From: Octopus bimaculoides
Lineage: Eukaryota
Direction: 5' to 3'
DNA: 52,400 bases
NCBI RefSeq assembly: GCF_001194135.2
Contig: NC_068983.1
Coordinates: 56,283,436-56,335,835 of the forward strand
Shown here: piece by piece, positions 24,226 to 37,144 of the stretch
How the letters are laid out: the number at the start of each line of letters is the position of its first letter
How positions within the stretch are numbered: the first letter of the stretch is position 1
The notes under the pieces: generated by a model
What the model was told of the DNA's origin: nothing
Databases searched by the model: none
Seen by the model: only the letters and a program-made list of their open reading frames with translations
Translations under genes and position numbers: made by a program

Positions 24226-25449
24226 TCGTAGGATGTTCAGGCAATAAATTGCAAAATGTAATTAGTGAAATAGGGGGAAAAAAACTGAATGGAGTCTAGT
24301 TTGCATCGGCAAGCATGAATTCATTAAATTGTGTAACATACAAATTAATGTGTTGGCGTTATTTTTGAAATGGTGGTGTGTTAGTTGCAGCGAGATGGTC
24401 GTTTATTAATTGTTTAAATCAGATTCCATTTCGCTCAGGGGATGGGGTCTGAAGGTAACATTTGACATTTCTTATCTTCAAACAAATCAAGCAAATTCAT
24501 ATTTGCGTTTCAAGAAACTGATTTGAAATATTCATTTGAAGCAAAGTTTTTATTTGCTACGTGATACTTGCAGCTTTACATGTGACAGCTTTTCCTACGC
24601 CGTCAAAAGAAAAATAAAAGGCAATGAAATATATCTGTGATAAAGATGGGGTCATCAAGGAAATATGTTGATAAAATCATTAATGCTTAGATTGAACGTG
24701 AGTTCGTTAGCATAGTAGTCGTGCTGGATTGAATTAAGAGTGTTCTGTTAATTAAAAGTCTTGTTTGAACAATCAAACTGGGTACGTGCAGTTAATTTAT
24801 GTAATATGAGTGCTGACTAATTGGCGAGTCGACAACTCAACAGACGATTTGACAGAGTGGAATCTGATGACAATCTCGAGTGCCGAACGGGATTCTAGTA
24901 ACCAGAGAGATTTTTCATAGGTTTACATAGCATATGAAAACTATATGGGTGTATGAATGTAAATATATATATACAAGTGGAGTTTGTAAAGGGTTTCTGA
25001 AGCGAGTGGGTATAACTAAATAAAATCGTCTTAGAAGGATTGACGCTTGGATAATCATTTTTTTAAATGTTGGAGCTTCACTTGAAGAGATAAAGCGGAG
25101 AGATTTTTATTATCCGAAAAGAGAATTAATAATTTCTTAATTCCTAAGATCCGAATATAACGGTTACTTTTATTTTATTATAATGGGTTTTTAAAGTTCT
25201 TAACATCATCATGAACGATCTTATATAGCCGGATTTGAAAAAACCCTTCGTAAAACGAGAATGGATCAAGAAAGAATTACTCAGAAGCTCGACAAATACT
25301 GTCTACCGAACTACAGTCACTGAGAGGAACCTTTAATTCCTTTCATAAACATATATACTCTACATATGCAATACCAACCTTGAAAATATGGCTAACATTG
25401 ACAAAATATGATCGTTTGAAATGTTTTTTTTTTTTAATAACCATTTGTC

Positions 25450-25835
25450 TGAAACGTTAGCACACCGGGCGAAATGCTTAGCGGTATTTGGTTTGTCTTT
25501 ACTTTCTGAGTTCAAATTCTGCCGAGATCGACTTAGCTTTTCATCCTTTCGGGGTCGATAAATTAAGTGCTAGTTGCGTACTGAGGTCGATCTAATCGAC
25601 TGGCCCCCTCTCTCAAAATTTCGGGCCTTGTGTTTAGAGTAGAAAAAAAAAAAACAGTCAGCACATCGGACGAAATGCTTAGCGATATTTTATCTGCCGT
25701 TACGTTCTGAGTTCAAACTCCACCGAGGTCGACTTTGCCTTTTATAATTTCGGGATCGATTAAATAAGTAGCAGTTACGCATAGGATCGATGTAATCGAC
25801 TTAATCCTTTTGTCTGTCCCTGTTTGTCCCTTCTA
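25450..25835 (+). mobile_element. Two tandem SINE family C copies (25450-25645 and 25655-25835)
   Basis: Two successive gttctgagttcaaa...gtcgat bodies with different tails. Confidence 0.85.
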
Positions 25836-25839
25836 TGTC

Positions 25840-26545
25840 GGTGATATGTGGTCAGGTGAAGTTACTATGGACATACGAATCCTCATGTTTACGCAAGATC
25901 GAAAAACAAGATCAGAGTCCTGTAGTGGATATTGAGAACAAGCCCTTAAAATTCAGTATCACGAACAGAAGCACCAGCGACTACATTTGTGGCAATAAAT
26001 GCTATTTAATGAATTGCTATTCAGAAGGTCTTATAGGATAAAGTCAACAATAGAAACAAATTATAGAACTGAAGATCGAAAGACAACACCGGACATAACT
26101 CTAATGACGCAGAAGAAATAACCCCTTCCTCATTGTTTAGAGCTAAGTGTCAGAAACTCCAGCTCTCATTCTCAAACAACTTTAGCAGTAATAGCAAGAA
26201 CTAAATCACTCGGAAATGTTCTCCTTACAACAGTAAAACGCTATCCACTTATAAAGATAGAAGAGCACTTATAAAGACAGGACAAACGGAGTGCATAGCA
26301 GACCAGCAGACTTGTTGAAAGCAATGTATTACAATGAAAAGAAAAAAAGGAAATGAGAATAACATTTTCTAAGGGTATTTTGTGTGTAGATCGCGAATAT
26401 AACATCTGTTTCTTTCTGTAACCCTCCGGTTTCTCGTAAATTACCATCTAACTTAGATTAAATACACTGATGGTTCCGTAGATTAAATACACTGATGATT
26501 GAGTGCAAACAGGAATGTGCCGAAACTGACAACTCTAACAGTTAT
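25840..26545 (+). mobile_element. Decayed Penelope-like element 3' end (GIY-YIG region plus pLTR-like sequence)
   Basis: Fragments CGNKCYLMNCYSEGLI and KCSPYNSK resemble the Cys-rich linker and C-terminus of Penelope GIY-YIG endonucleases; followed by CTGATGA...CGAAAC at 26492-26526. Confidence 0.4.
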
Positions 26546-26671
26546 GAAGGACATTTGATACAATTTTGATAAGGTATTTCTAAGGTATTTGTCAACCTAA
26601 CCTATGAAAATTATAAAAGTACCCTCAATACTTTTAAAGTTATATAGGTCCCAATAAGTGGTTAATCTGAC

Positions 26672-28227
26672 AAGAAACCACACCTCATCATCCAACCTGA
26701 ACTGAGTGATCTAGTTCGTGATCTAACACTTACTAAGCAAAAGAGTGAAGTCTTGGCCTCACGTCTGCAGCAATGGAACCTGTTGGATAAAGAAGCTCGA
26801 ATTACAGTATTTAGGAAGCGTTCTTCAGATCTGTAGCACTTCTTCAGTTTGGAAAACAACTTGATTTACTGTAATGATATCAGAAACCTATTCAAAGCCC
26901 TTGTGCTGACCTATGAACCAAATGAATGGAGTTCATTCATAGATGTATCCCTTTACAGCAACAAAGCGGTTCTGTTGCACATTGGGAACACCACGTCTTT
27001 AGTTCCAATTGCTCACTCACTCATTTTAAGAGAGACATATTTTAAGAGAAACCTTGCTTTATTCTAGATCTCATAAGTTACAAGGAGCATGAGTGGTTAA
27101 TTTGTGCGGACTTGAAAGTAGTAATTTGTGCGGACTTGAAAGTAGTAATTTGTGNNNNNNNNNNGACTTGAAAGTAGTAATTTGTGCGGACTTGAAAGTA
27201 GTAATTTGTGCGGACTTGAAAGTAGTAATTTGTGCGGACTTGAAAGTAATGGGCTACAAAGTGAATACACTAAATTTATGTGCTTCCTTTGTAAAGGGAC
27301 AGTAGGGCCAGATCAGAACATTATGTACGCTCAGAATGGCCACCTCGGGAAATTATGACGCCTGGATACCGTAATGTAAATCATAAGCCACTAGTTAAGA
27401 AGGAAAAAATCATTTTGCCGCCAATGCGTATAAAACTAGGCCTAATGAAGCATTTTACCAAAGCACTGCCACATAACAAGCCCTGTTTCCAGTAGCTCAA
27501 GGCAATCTTCCTTAACATAAGTGATGCCGAGATTAAAGAGGGCATATCCGTAGGCCCTCAGATTCGTCAACTTATAGCTGATGAGGACTTCAAGGCGACA
27601 ATGGATGAAACTGAGTTTGCGGCCAGGCATGCATTCAAAGATATATGCAAAGGACTTCTGAGAAAGCACCAAGCGGCCAAGTGAGAGAGTATAGCGGAGA
27701 ACCTAATCAAGTGCTACCAAGATCTCGGATGCAATATGTCGCCTAAGATACAGTTTCTTCATTCTCATCTGTCCTTCTTCCCAGAGAATGCAGATGTTAG
27801 CGATGAACATGGAGAGCGGTTCCATCAAGATATAGCGTCATTTGAAAACAGGAATAAGGGAAAACGGAGCCCAGCTATGCTGGCTGACTTCTGCTGGAAC
27901 TTGATGCGTGACACACTTGAGACGTCTTATAAACGAAGAAGTAAACACTAAAATGTAGGTTAATACAATAAATAATCCTAACATACATGCAGATTCATTA
28001 TATATTTATGGATTCATTACAATGGATATATTTAATCTGACTATGGGGCAAAATAAATTTATGGTATCGTGGATATTGGTACAAATTGCATAGATATTAT
28101 GTTGGTAATTTACAAGAAAATGTAACGTGATGGGAAACTTTTGTTATAAAATTCGAATTAAGCACAATCAACTTCGTAATAAAATTTACTATGTTTTTTT
28201 CTCAACCCTGAAATTAGTTGTACAGTG
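26672..28227 (+). mobile_element. Chapaev-3-like (CMC superfamily) DNA transposon, transposase pseudogene with right end
   Basis: KPHLIIQPELSDLVRDL...LASRLQQWNLL...EWSSFID...KAVLLHIGN...WLICADLKV...IKLGLMKHF...VGPQIRQL...MSPKIQFLHSHLSFFPENADVSDEHGERFHQDI...MLADFCW...* with stop at 27949-27951; several stops and frameshifts; terminus ...ttagttgtacagtg at 28227. Confidence 0.85.
27097..27248 (+). repeat. 24-bp minisatellite (gtaatttgtgcggacttgaaagta), at least 6 copies
   Basis: Identical head-to-tail units apart from the first base of unit 1, with no spacers; a 10-N gap at 27155-27164 means copy number is a minimum. Confidence 0.95.
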
Positions 28228-28623
28228 AAATTAACATAAAAGCATTCAACCAAATCTAGCGTGAAGTGTAATAAAAAGCACGAGAAAACATATACTGATG
28301 TTGCTCTGGTCAGAAATATTGTTTTNNNNNNNNNNNNNNNNNNNNNNNNNNNNNNNNNNNNNNNNNNNNNNNNNNNNNNNNNNNNNNNNNNNNNNNNNNN
28401 NNNNNNNNNNNNNNNNNNNNNNNNNNNNNNNNNNNNNNNNNNNNNNNNNNNNNNNNNNNNNNNNNNNNNNNNNNNNNNNNNNNNNNNNNNNNNNNNNNNN
28501 NNNNNNNNNNNNNNNNNNNNNNNNNNNNNNNNNNNNNNNNNNNNNNNNNNNNNNNNNNNNNNNNNNNNNNNNNNNNNNNNNNNNNNNNNNNNNNNNNNNN
28601 NNNNNNNNNNNNNNNNNNNNNNN

Positions 28624-29010
28624 AGTAGACCTCGGCGGAATTTGAACTCAGAGCGTAGCGGTAGACCGAAATACCGCTAAGCATTTCGCCCGGCGTGCTA
28701 ACGTTTCTCCCAGCACACCGCCTTCGGTGTGTTAAGGTTTTTTATTTCTTTATTGCCCACAAAGGGCTAAATATAGAGGGTACAAACAAGGACAGACAAA
28801 AATAGATTAAGTCGATTACATCGACCCCAGTGCGTAACTGGTACTTAATTTATCGACCCCGAAAGGATGAAAGGCAAAGTAGACCTCGGCGGAATTTGAA
28901 CTCAGAGCGTAGCGGTAGACCGAAATACCGCTAAGCATTTCGCCCGGCGTGCTAACGTTTCTCCCAGCTAACTGCCTTCGGTGTGTTAACGATTCTGCCA
29001 GCTTCTGCCT
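28624..29010 (-). mobile_element. Two SINE family C copies, locally duplicated
   Basis: 28624-28714 is identical to 28878-28968 (91 bp). Confidence 0.85.
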
Positions 29011-29311
29011 TATCAAACGCGTTAATTATGCCCTGTTTTTATGTTGGAGTGTTATTTACTATTTTTTTTTCATTTTATACCGTTTGTTTGAGTTTCATTA
29101 ATATTTAAAATATTTTCTGTTCTTTAGTTTTGCGGTAGTTTTACTCTATTTACTGTAATCTTTCCGAGAAACGGATCTCAAGACACAAGAAGCTATTTTT
29201 CGCTTTAGTGCTAAATGGTAGCAAAACTATAGATATATTTAAAAAATCCGATTTTGTTTTCTAACTCCATTATTTTAGCGCGTCTAACGATAGCTCAGCA
29301 GCAAATAGTAA

Positions 29312-29349
29312 TCATGATGATGCGGATGAAGATGAAGAAGATGATGGTA

Positions 29350-29382
<33 letters not shown>

Positions 29383-29422
29383 GTGGTAGTGGGGATAACA
29401 ATGGTCACGATGAGTATGGCAA

Positions 29423-29459
<37 letters not shown>
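29312..29459. repeat. (GAT)n and (TA)n microsatellites
   Basis: Direct inspection. Confidence 0.95.
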
Positions 29460-29462
<3 letters not shown>

Positions 29463-30038
29463 TGGACTGCGGCCATGCTGGAGTACCGTCTTAAAGTTTT
29501 TGGGTCGAAGAAAGCAACCCCTGCACTTACTTTTATAAGCCTAGTACTTATTCTATCAGTTTCTTTTGCTGAACCGCTAAATTCCGAGGACATAAACACA
29601 TCTATATATACTCTTTTACTCTTTTACTTGTTTCAGTCATTTGACTGCGGCCATGCTGGAACACCGCCTTTAGTCGAGNNNNNNNNNNNNNNNNNNNNNN
29701 NNNNNNNNNNNNNNNNNNNNNNNNNNNNNNNNNNNNNNNNNNNNNNNNNNNNNNNNNNNNNNNNNNNNNNNNNNNNNNNNNNNNNNNNNNNNNNNNNNNN
29801 NNNNNNNNNNNNNNNNNNNNNNNNNNNNNNNNNNNNNNNNNNNNNNNNNNNNNNNNNNNNNNNNNNNNNNNNNNNNNNNNNNNNNNNNNNNNNNNNNNNN
29901 NNNNNNNNNNNNNNNNNNNNNNNNNNNNNNNNNAGCAAAAGGACCCCAGGACTCATTTTTTGTAAGCCTAGTACTTATTCTATCGGTTACTTTACCGAAC
30001 CGGTAAGTTACTGGGACGTAAACACACCAGCATCGGTA
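29463..30038 (-). mobile_element. Two tandem SINE family B tails (second spans a gap)
   Basis: gactgcggccatgctgga...aagcctagtacttattctatc occurs twice. Confidence 0.85.
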
Positions 30039-30176
30039 TACATACATACATACATACGTACATACATATATACATACATACATACATACATATATATATA
30101 TATATACTCACACGCACTCTCCCCTTCACACACACATATGCACACATACACATATACATATACATACATGTATATG

Positions 30177-30210
<34 letters not shown>

Positions 30211-31084
30211 TATATATATATTTACAATGCATATATATATATATATAAATATATAAATACATACGTACCTCTCTCTATATATATATGTGTGTGTGTGTGT
30301 ATGTGTGTGTGTATGTGAATGTATGTATAAGAATGATTGCATGCTTACAAATCAACTCTATTACTTATTATCATTTCCTAAAGTGGAGTATGCAAGATGT
30401 CGAACAAACTATATCGCGCCATTTAATTTCTCCTCCATAGCTCAAAGTTTAAATTCTACTGGAGTGGACTTTGCCTCCCTCAGATCTTGAACAAAATAGA
30501 ATAAGCACGACTAATATTGAAAGACCAATTAAATCATCTGTATACCTCTAGTACACAATTTGGCTTCATACCAAATATGTGAAACTTTAATATAATATTT
30601 CCTAGTAGTCCTAAGTAGCGTAAATGGCTGCAGCAATGTCAGATTAAACGCACTGCAGTATTTATTTCCCTTCGAGAAGTTTCAATCTGGCATAAGAAAA
30701 CACGAAACTGCACTCCCCTGTATTCCCCTGACTCTACTAACATCATTATTCATCGTCAATATAATTAGAAGTACTAAATACTTGTTTATAGTGTAACGGT
30801 TACTTTATCTACATATACTTACAGGTTTGTATACTTACAGATACATATACATACATACAGAGTTACAAATCGACACATCCATATACGAACAGGCACACGC
30901 GAACACACATACTCATATACATGTAATTACACGCATATAATCACACTTATACACAATTATTACTATATAATCACTGCATTAAATTCACATTATGGTTTCA
31001 TGTTCATTAAGCAAACGGATGTCTTTGATATTTCGATCTACAAAGTATGGCAATGATACCCTTGTCTCCTGTACTCACTGGGCA

Positions 31085-31134
<50 letters not shown>

Positions 31135-32500
31135 CATATATGTATGTATGTGTGTGTATATATATATACACATATATATATATATATGAAAATACGCGCA
31201 TAATATATAATATGTATATATATGCATAATATATGCATATATATAATATGTAATATAATATAATATATATACATATATGTTTACGCATACATGCATACAC
31301 ACATATATAATATATATACGCGTATATGTATGTATCAATGTATATGTCTATGTATATGAATTGCGACTATCTTGTTCTTTTATACGTTTGTATAAATTTA
31401 AATATACATTCATACACACACACACTCACACACACACATACATATTTACAGAAATATCCATACTTCTTAGCGTCCTTGTATATGTGTGCACGAACCTGTG
31501 TATATATGTGTGTGAGTGTATGTATGTGCGCATATGTATTAATGTTATGTGTGTGTGTGCGTGTGTTTGTGTATTCAAGTGTGTACATGTTCAAAGACCA
31601 ACGTACTAAGAACGTTTTAAAGGAAAGTTTTATAGATTTTAACAATGCATATTTTCCCCAAGTTACTGCTTGATGTTTCGCCATTGTTGATGCTGAATGG
31701 AAATATCATTAAAGCTGCTTGATGTGTCCGAAGGGCTTCCAACGTCTTAATTCCGCTAATTATTTTACATTTAGCACGTCCTACTTTACCGTCTGTTATA
31801 TAGGAAAGAAACGAAGTAGCATTGAAACTTATTGGAAACGGCAGCACTCTAGAACAATCAACTAAAGTCGTGTAGAATTCAATTAGTTTTAATAACTGTC
31901 TCTAGCCAAGCAAATAGCAAGCAATGTCTACCGATTTTCGCGTCTGAAATATCTGGTATAAGTAGACTAAATGCATTCAAGCAGAGCTCTGCAATTTGGA
32001 ATATTCTTACGAAGAACTATTGACATAAAGAGTTAAGTACTTTTAACGCCAAGACCTTAATTAGAGATAGAGAGATAGAGATAAATAGATTGATTAATAG
32101 AGATAGAGAGGGAAGGAGGAGAAAGAGAGAAGGAAAGAGAGAAGGAAAGAGAGAGAAGATGGACGGCATATGTAGAAAATTGGTAATAAGCAGAGATGCG
32201 GTCAATTAATAAGAGAATAAGAACGAATAAGACAGAAAATGATACAGTGATATATAGACATATGGATGCACAAGTACATAAATACATATATACGTATTTA
32301 TTTACGCACGCGCACATGCGCATACACACATACACACACTCACATACACAAACACATATATATCCCTGTATGTATGCATGTTTATCTATCACCTATCTAT
32401 TTGTCTATCTGTCTGTCTGTTTACTTATATACGTATAATTGTGTGTTTATATGTATACATACACACACACACACACACAGAAACACACATATATGTGCAT
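30038..32500. repeat. Compound low-complexity tracts (TA/CA/TACA/GA) with short unique or old-SINE interruptions
   Basis: Tracts at 30038-30330, 30830-30960, 31084-31580 and 32055-32500. Confidence 0.9.
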
Positions 32501-32502
32501 AT

Positions 32503-32660
32503 GCGTGGCTGTGTGGTAAGAGGCTTGCTTCCCAATTACATGTTTTTGTGTTCAATCCCACTACGTGGCACCTTGGGCAAATGGTTTTCTACTATAGCCT
32601 CGGCCGACCAAAGCCTTGTGAGTGGATTTGGTAGACGGAAACTTAAAGAAACCCGTCGTA
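32503..32660 (+). mobile_element. SINE family B head (no tail)
   Basis: gcgtggctgtgtggtaag...ggcaccttgggcaa...ggatttggtagacggaaac. Confidence 0.88.
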
Positions 32661-32668
32661 TATACGTA

Positions 32669-33080
32669 TACTCTTTTATTTGTTTCAGTCATTTGACTGC
32701 GGCCATGCTGGAGCACCACTTTGAAGGAATTTAGTCGAACAAATTGATCTCAGGGCTTATTTTTTCAAGCTTAGTACCTATTCGACCAGTCTCTTTTGCC
32801 GAATTGCTAGCTTACGGGGACATAAACACACCAACACCGTTTGTCAAGCGGTAATAGGTGACAAACAAAGACACACAAGCATACACACATAGATATATAC
32901 ATATATATATATATATACGACTGGCTTCTTTCAGTTTCCATCTACCAAATCCACTCACAGGGCTTTGGTAGACCCGAGGCTATAGTAGTAGACACCAGCT
33001 CAAAGTGCCACGCTGAGGGACTGAACTCAGAATCATGTGGTTGGGAAGCAAACTTCTAACTACAGAGCCACGCTTGCGCC
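32669..33080 (-). mobile_element. SINE family B, full length
   Basis: Complete tail, internal CA/TA tract and head on the minus strand. Confidence 0.9.
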
Positions 33081-33472
33081 TATATATTGATATACTCCGT
33101 ACTGGCAAAAAAATTTTACTTGATACGATCTCGGATGTCATTATTTTTTGTAGACATAAATATTTATCAACTCGTAAATCTTTTTCTCAAAATAATTAGT
33201 TTATATGATTTTAACGTATTTACACTTTGTGCGTTTGGATACATCTTAAACTACTGTAATCTATAACTTCATAATCTATTTAAACATGTGAATTTAGCTC
33301 TATCATATAATCTGCTTGAACAGTATGTTCCGACACAGCGTTCGAATTTTAAAACTTCTTAATTTTCTCATGTTGCTTAAAACTTAAGAATTAAATAACT
33401 TTTTTATAAATCCTTTTAGATTAGCTCTGATGAGAGAAATGTAGATGATTGTTAGGGTTGGAATTAACTCAC

Positions 33473-33517
33473 CCATACCAACCTATATTTTCTCGAAACG
33501 GCTGTCAGACATTGTTC
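33473..33517 (-). CDS. Candidate 45-nt coding exon of an unidentified gene (EQCLTAVSRKYRLVW)
   Basis: Acceptor gacttttcagcag, donor gtgagt; length is a multiple of 3; only the phase-0 frame is open; lies in apparently unique sequence. Confidence 0.35.
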
Positions 33518-34429
33518 CTGCTGAAAAGTCTTTTAAAATCATTTTATATCAGCATTCTCATCTATTTGGATTACCAGTATACATTTATCATGTACATATT
33601 TCAATATCCTCATTGATTTTTAAGACGGACATACAAACTCGCAAGTACATTTATGTATTTATATATTTATATATTATATCATGTAAATATGAGTGCACCT
33701 ATGTATGCTGTGAAGTATTCCGATACTTTGAAATATACTGAGTGAATATGAACACTGACCTTTGAAAATTGTTCTCTCTTGGCTTTATATTCCTAATGTT
33801 CTATTAGAGAGCGAATTAGTTGTGCTGTATAAGGGGATAATTATCCTATTTATTTTTTCATTATATATATATATATATATACACATATTTATGTATTTGT
33901 GTTTTTATGTATCTCAGCGGTAAATGTTAAATTCTATCTTCCAACGTCAGCTCGAAATTTTCTTTCACTCTTTTTCATCTTGTTCATTCATGTGTCAGCA
34001 ATAATGACTCCAGTTAGTTCTGATAAAAATTCTCTCTTACCACACATCTTCTGAATACAGATGCACCCTCTGTCGCTCTCCTAGCTATATGAGTCTCATC
34101 AGGTCAACGACCAAACCTTCTCTTGTGCATTGAGAGCATATTTACATCACTTCCAATCGAAGTCGAGGTTCTCGTGGATATTAACATTCAGAACCAGCAA
34201 CGCCATTGGTGCGGAAACTGAATCTTTCTTAATACACAGCTCTCTTCGTTAACTATATATCTCTTTATACAATAAGGAGTTACGCGTTGCCATATCTAAT
34301 AATCAACGATATTCTACACACTTCCATTCATCCGTCCTTAGCAACACACGCATTATCCATCCAGACCAGTAATTTGGAAGGAGAAAGCAGTTGATTAGGT
34401 TAGCACGAGACCGACATTATCACAGCTCC

Positions 34430-34505
34430 CGATGAAGATATACATACATCTATATATACATTATAAATATACATACATAGATATACACACACACACACAC
34501 ACGCA

Positions 34506-34538
<33 letters not shown>

Positions 34539-35003
34539 GCAACACACACGCATACGTACTTACACTCACACGCATATACATACGAATGAGTGGACACACG
34601 AAAGAAGGGCAGTCAACCAATTTATTTGGAGTTACATGTATGGATCATAAAAGTTTGATTCAAAATCGTTGGTAACCTTGAGTTTCAAACGTGATGCTAG
34701 TCGTCAGCCATTTTGCATTTGAATTCAAATTCAAAATGACTGATGACTGGCATCACGCTTGAAACACAAGAGTACTGACAAATCTGATTCGAACTGTTTT
34801 GATGTTTATATATGTGTGTGCATGTGTGCGTATGTGTGTGTTTGCATGTTTGTGTGTGTGTGTGTGTCTATATTTCCCTATCTATCACTCCTCTCTCTCT
34901 CTATCTGTCTATCTATTTGCTTGTCTATGTATGTATGTATGTATGTATGTATGTATGTATGTACGTATGCGTGTATGTATCTATCTGTCTGTCTGTGTGT
35001 CTG

Positions 35004-35066
<63 letters not shown>

Positions 35067-35616
35067 GTCTCTCTGTCTGTCTTTCTATGTATGTATGTAT
35101 GTATGTATGTATGTATGTATGTATGTATCTATCTATCAGTTTAAATTTATATTTGCAAATTATAAGATTATAATTACAAATGCAAACACATTTCAAAATA
35201 AAATTGGCAATTCGAAAATACGTTTCATACGTGAATGTATGTACATATATATATACATACATATATATGTGTATATATATATATATATCAGTATATATAC
35301 ATATATACATAGGTGTATATGTGTGTATGTGTGCCTGTGTGTGTACACTGATAAATGTAATAAATTTTTTATTATAGTTTATATAAAATGACATGTTCGT
35401 CAAAATTCAATTATAGATAACACTCTAGTCTCTTTGGAAGATAACAGATAAACAAGTGAAAATACACATACACCCAAACACTCACAGATGCATCTAACAT
35501 TGTCTGTATATTCATATGAATGTATTTATACATACACTCACACAAACACACATATGCTTAAAAGATATAGCCATATATATATATATACATATATGCATAT
35601 GTATTTAGGTATATGC

Positions 35617-35668
<52 letters not shown>

Positions 35669-36001
35669 CACACACACACATACACACACACACACACACG
35701 CACACACACACATATATANNNNNNNNNNNNNNNNNNNNNNNNNNNNNNNNNNNNNNNNNNNNNNNNNNNNNNNNNNNNNNNNNNNNNNNNNNNNNNNNNN
35801 NNNNNNNNNNNNNNNNNNNNNNNNNNNNNNNNNNNNNNNNNNNNNNNNNNNNNNNNNNNNNNNNNNNNNNNNNNNNNNNNNNNNNNNNNNNNNNNNNNNN
35901 NNNNNNNNNNNNNNNNNNNNNNNNNNNNNNNNNNNNNNNNNNNNNNNNNNNNNNNNNNNNNNNNNNNNNNNNNNNNNNNNNNNNNNNNNNNNNNNNNNNN
36001 N

Positions 36002-36045
<44 letters not shown>

Positions 36046-36415
36046 CAGATTTATGCATTTGTATGTCCACATATATGCAAGTATTGGTGCATCTATAATC
36101 ACACGTGTGCACGTGTGATTATAGATATGTATCTTAAAAATACAGAAAGGATGTTACATACACAAGGCACCATTCAAATATATTTGCCATACCGCTTCCG
36201 ATACATCCACAAGCATAAAGAATACATGTGCGTTGAGGTGTATGTATTTCGGAGTTCCAACTGAATCTATAAGGATCATCCTTATCAATATTTACACGTC
36301 ATAGAAGTATGCTATTCCGATTGATATACATACATACATGCATACATACATACGTACATATATACATAAATACATACATACGTATATACATACATACATA
36401 CATACATACATACAT
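34430..36415. repeat. Compound microsatellite block (CA, TG, TATG, TATC, TA) including a gap
   Basis: Direct inspection. Confidence 0.92.
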
Positions 36416-36416
36416 A

Positions 36417-36753
36417 CAAGGGTGAGTGAAAAAGTAATGCCATATTGTTTAGGACAGGTATAATTACCAACACAGGAACATGTATCATACATCAAAATGA
36501 AGCTGGTCCTCTGTGGATCACATCCTTTCTTCGCAACATAGTCACCGTTTCTCTCGATAGCAATGTTTCACCTTTGAATGAGACTGTGTATCCCTGCCCC
36601 GTAAATTTCTGTTGACTGTTCTTTGAGCCATCTCTTTACTACAGTTTTCACTTCCTCGCCACTAGAATAATGTTTGCCTCTCAAACCCTCTTTCATGGGG
36701 CTGAAGAGATGTAGTCCAGTGACGATAACAGTCCACTTTTTGACTCACCCTCG
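36417..36753 (-). mobile_element. Non-autonomous mariner, both TIRs and TA TSDs
   Basis: TIRs caagggtgagtgaaaaagt and actttttgactcaccctcg, flanked by TA. Minus strand reads LFSPMKEGLRGKHYSSGEEVKTVVKRWLKEQSTEIYGAGIHSLIQR*NIAIERNGDYV. Confidence 0.9.
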
Positions 36754-37144
36754 TACGTACGTACGTACGTACGTATGTATGTATGTATGTACTGCCTAAA
36801 TATCAATCTTGAGAAATTTTGGCTTCTCAGAACTAGAAAGGAGAAAGCTAATTCGAAGATTAGAGATCCAAGCTAATACTAGAACTGTAAAAGTATGTAA
36901 AACTTTCCAGTTTATCATTTAAGTATATATGAGTATGTCTCGATGTGCAAGTGTATGCATAAGAATACATACATAAAATAAAACATACAAATCTGCACTT
37001 ATACATACATACAAAAGTACTCTGTGATGTCGAAGTTCCAATGAAGGAGCCTTGGATCTGGTTATAAACTGGTTCTTTCTCTATTGGCATCTTGAAATAA
37101 AACTGAACAATGACATACATACATAAATACATACACGTACATAC

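Noticed and set aside
24860-24900. ctgatga...gaac as a hammerhead
   Set aside because: It lacks the GAAA core and a valid stem III or cleavage triplet.
27097-27248. CRISPR-like 24-bp direct repeats
   Set aside because: There are no spacers and no cas genes; the units are head-to-tail inside a eukaryotic transposase.
33428-33446. ctgatgagagaaatgta as a hammerhead
   Set aside because: There is no stem II, and stem I does not pair.
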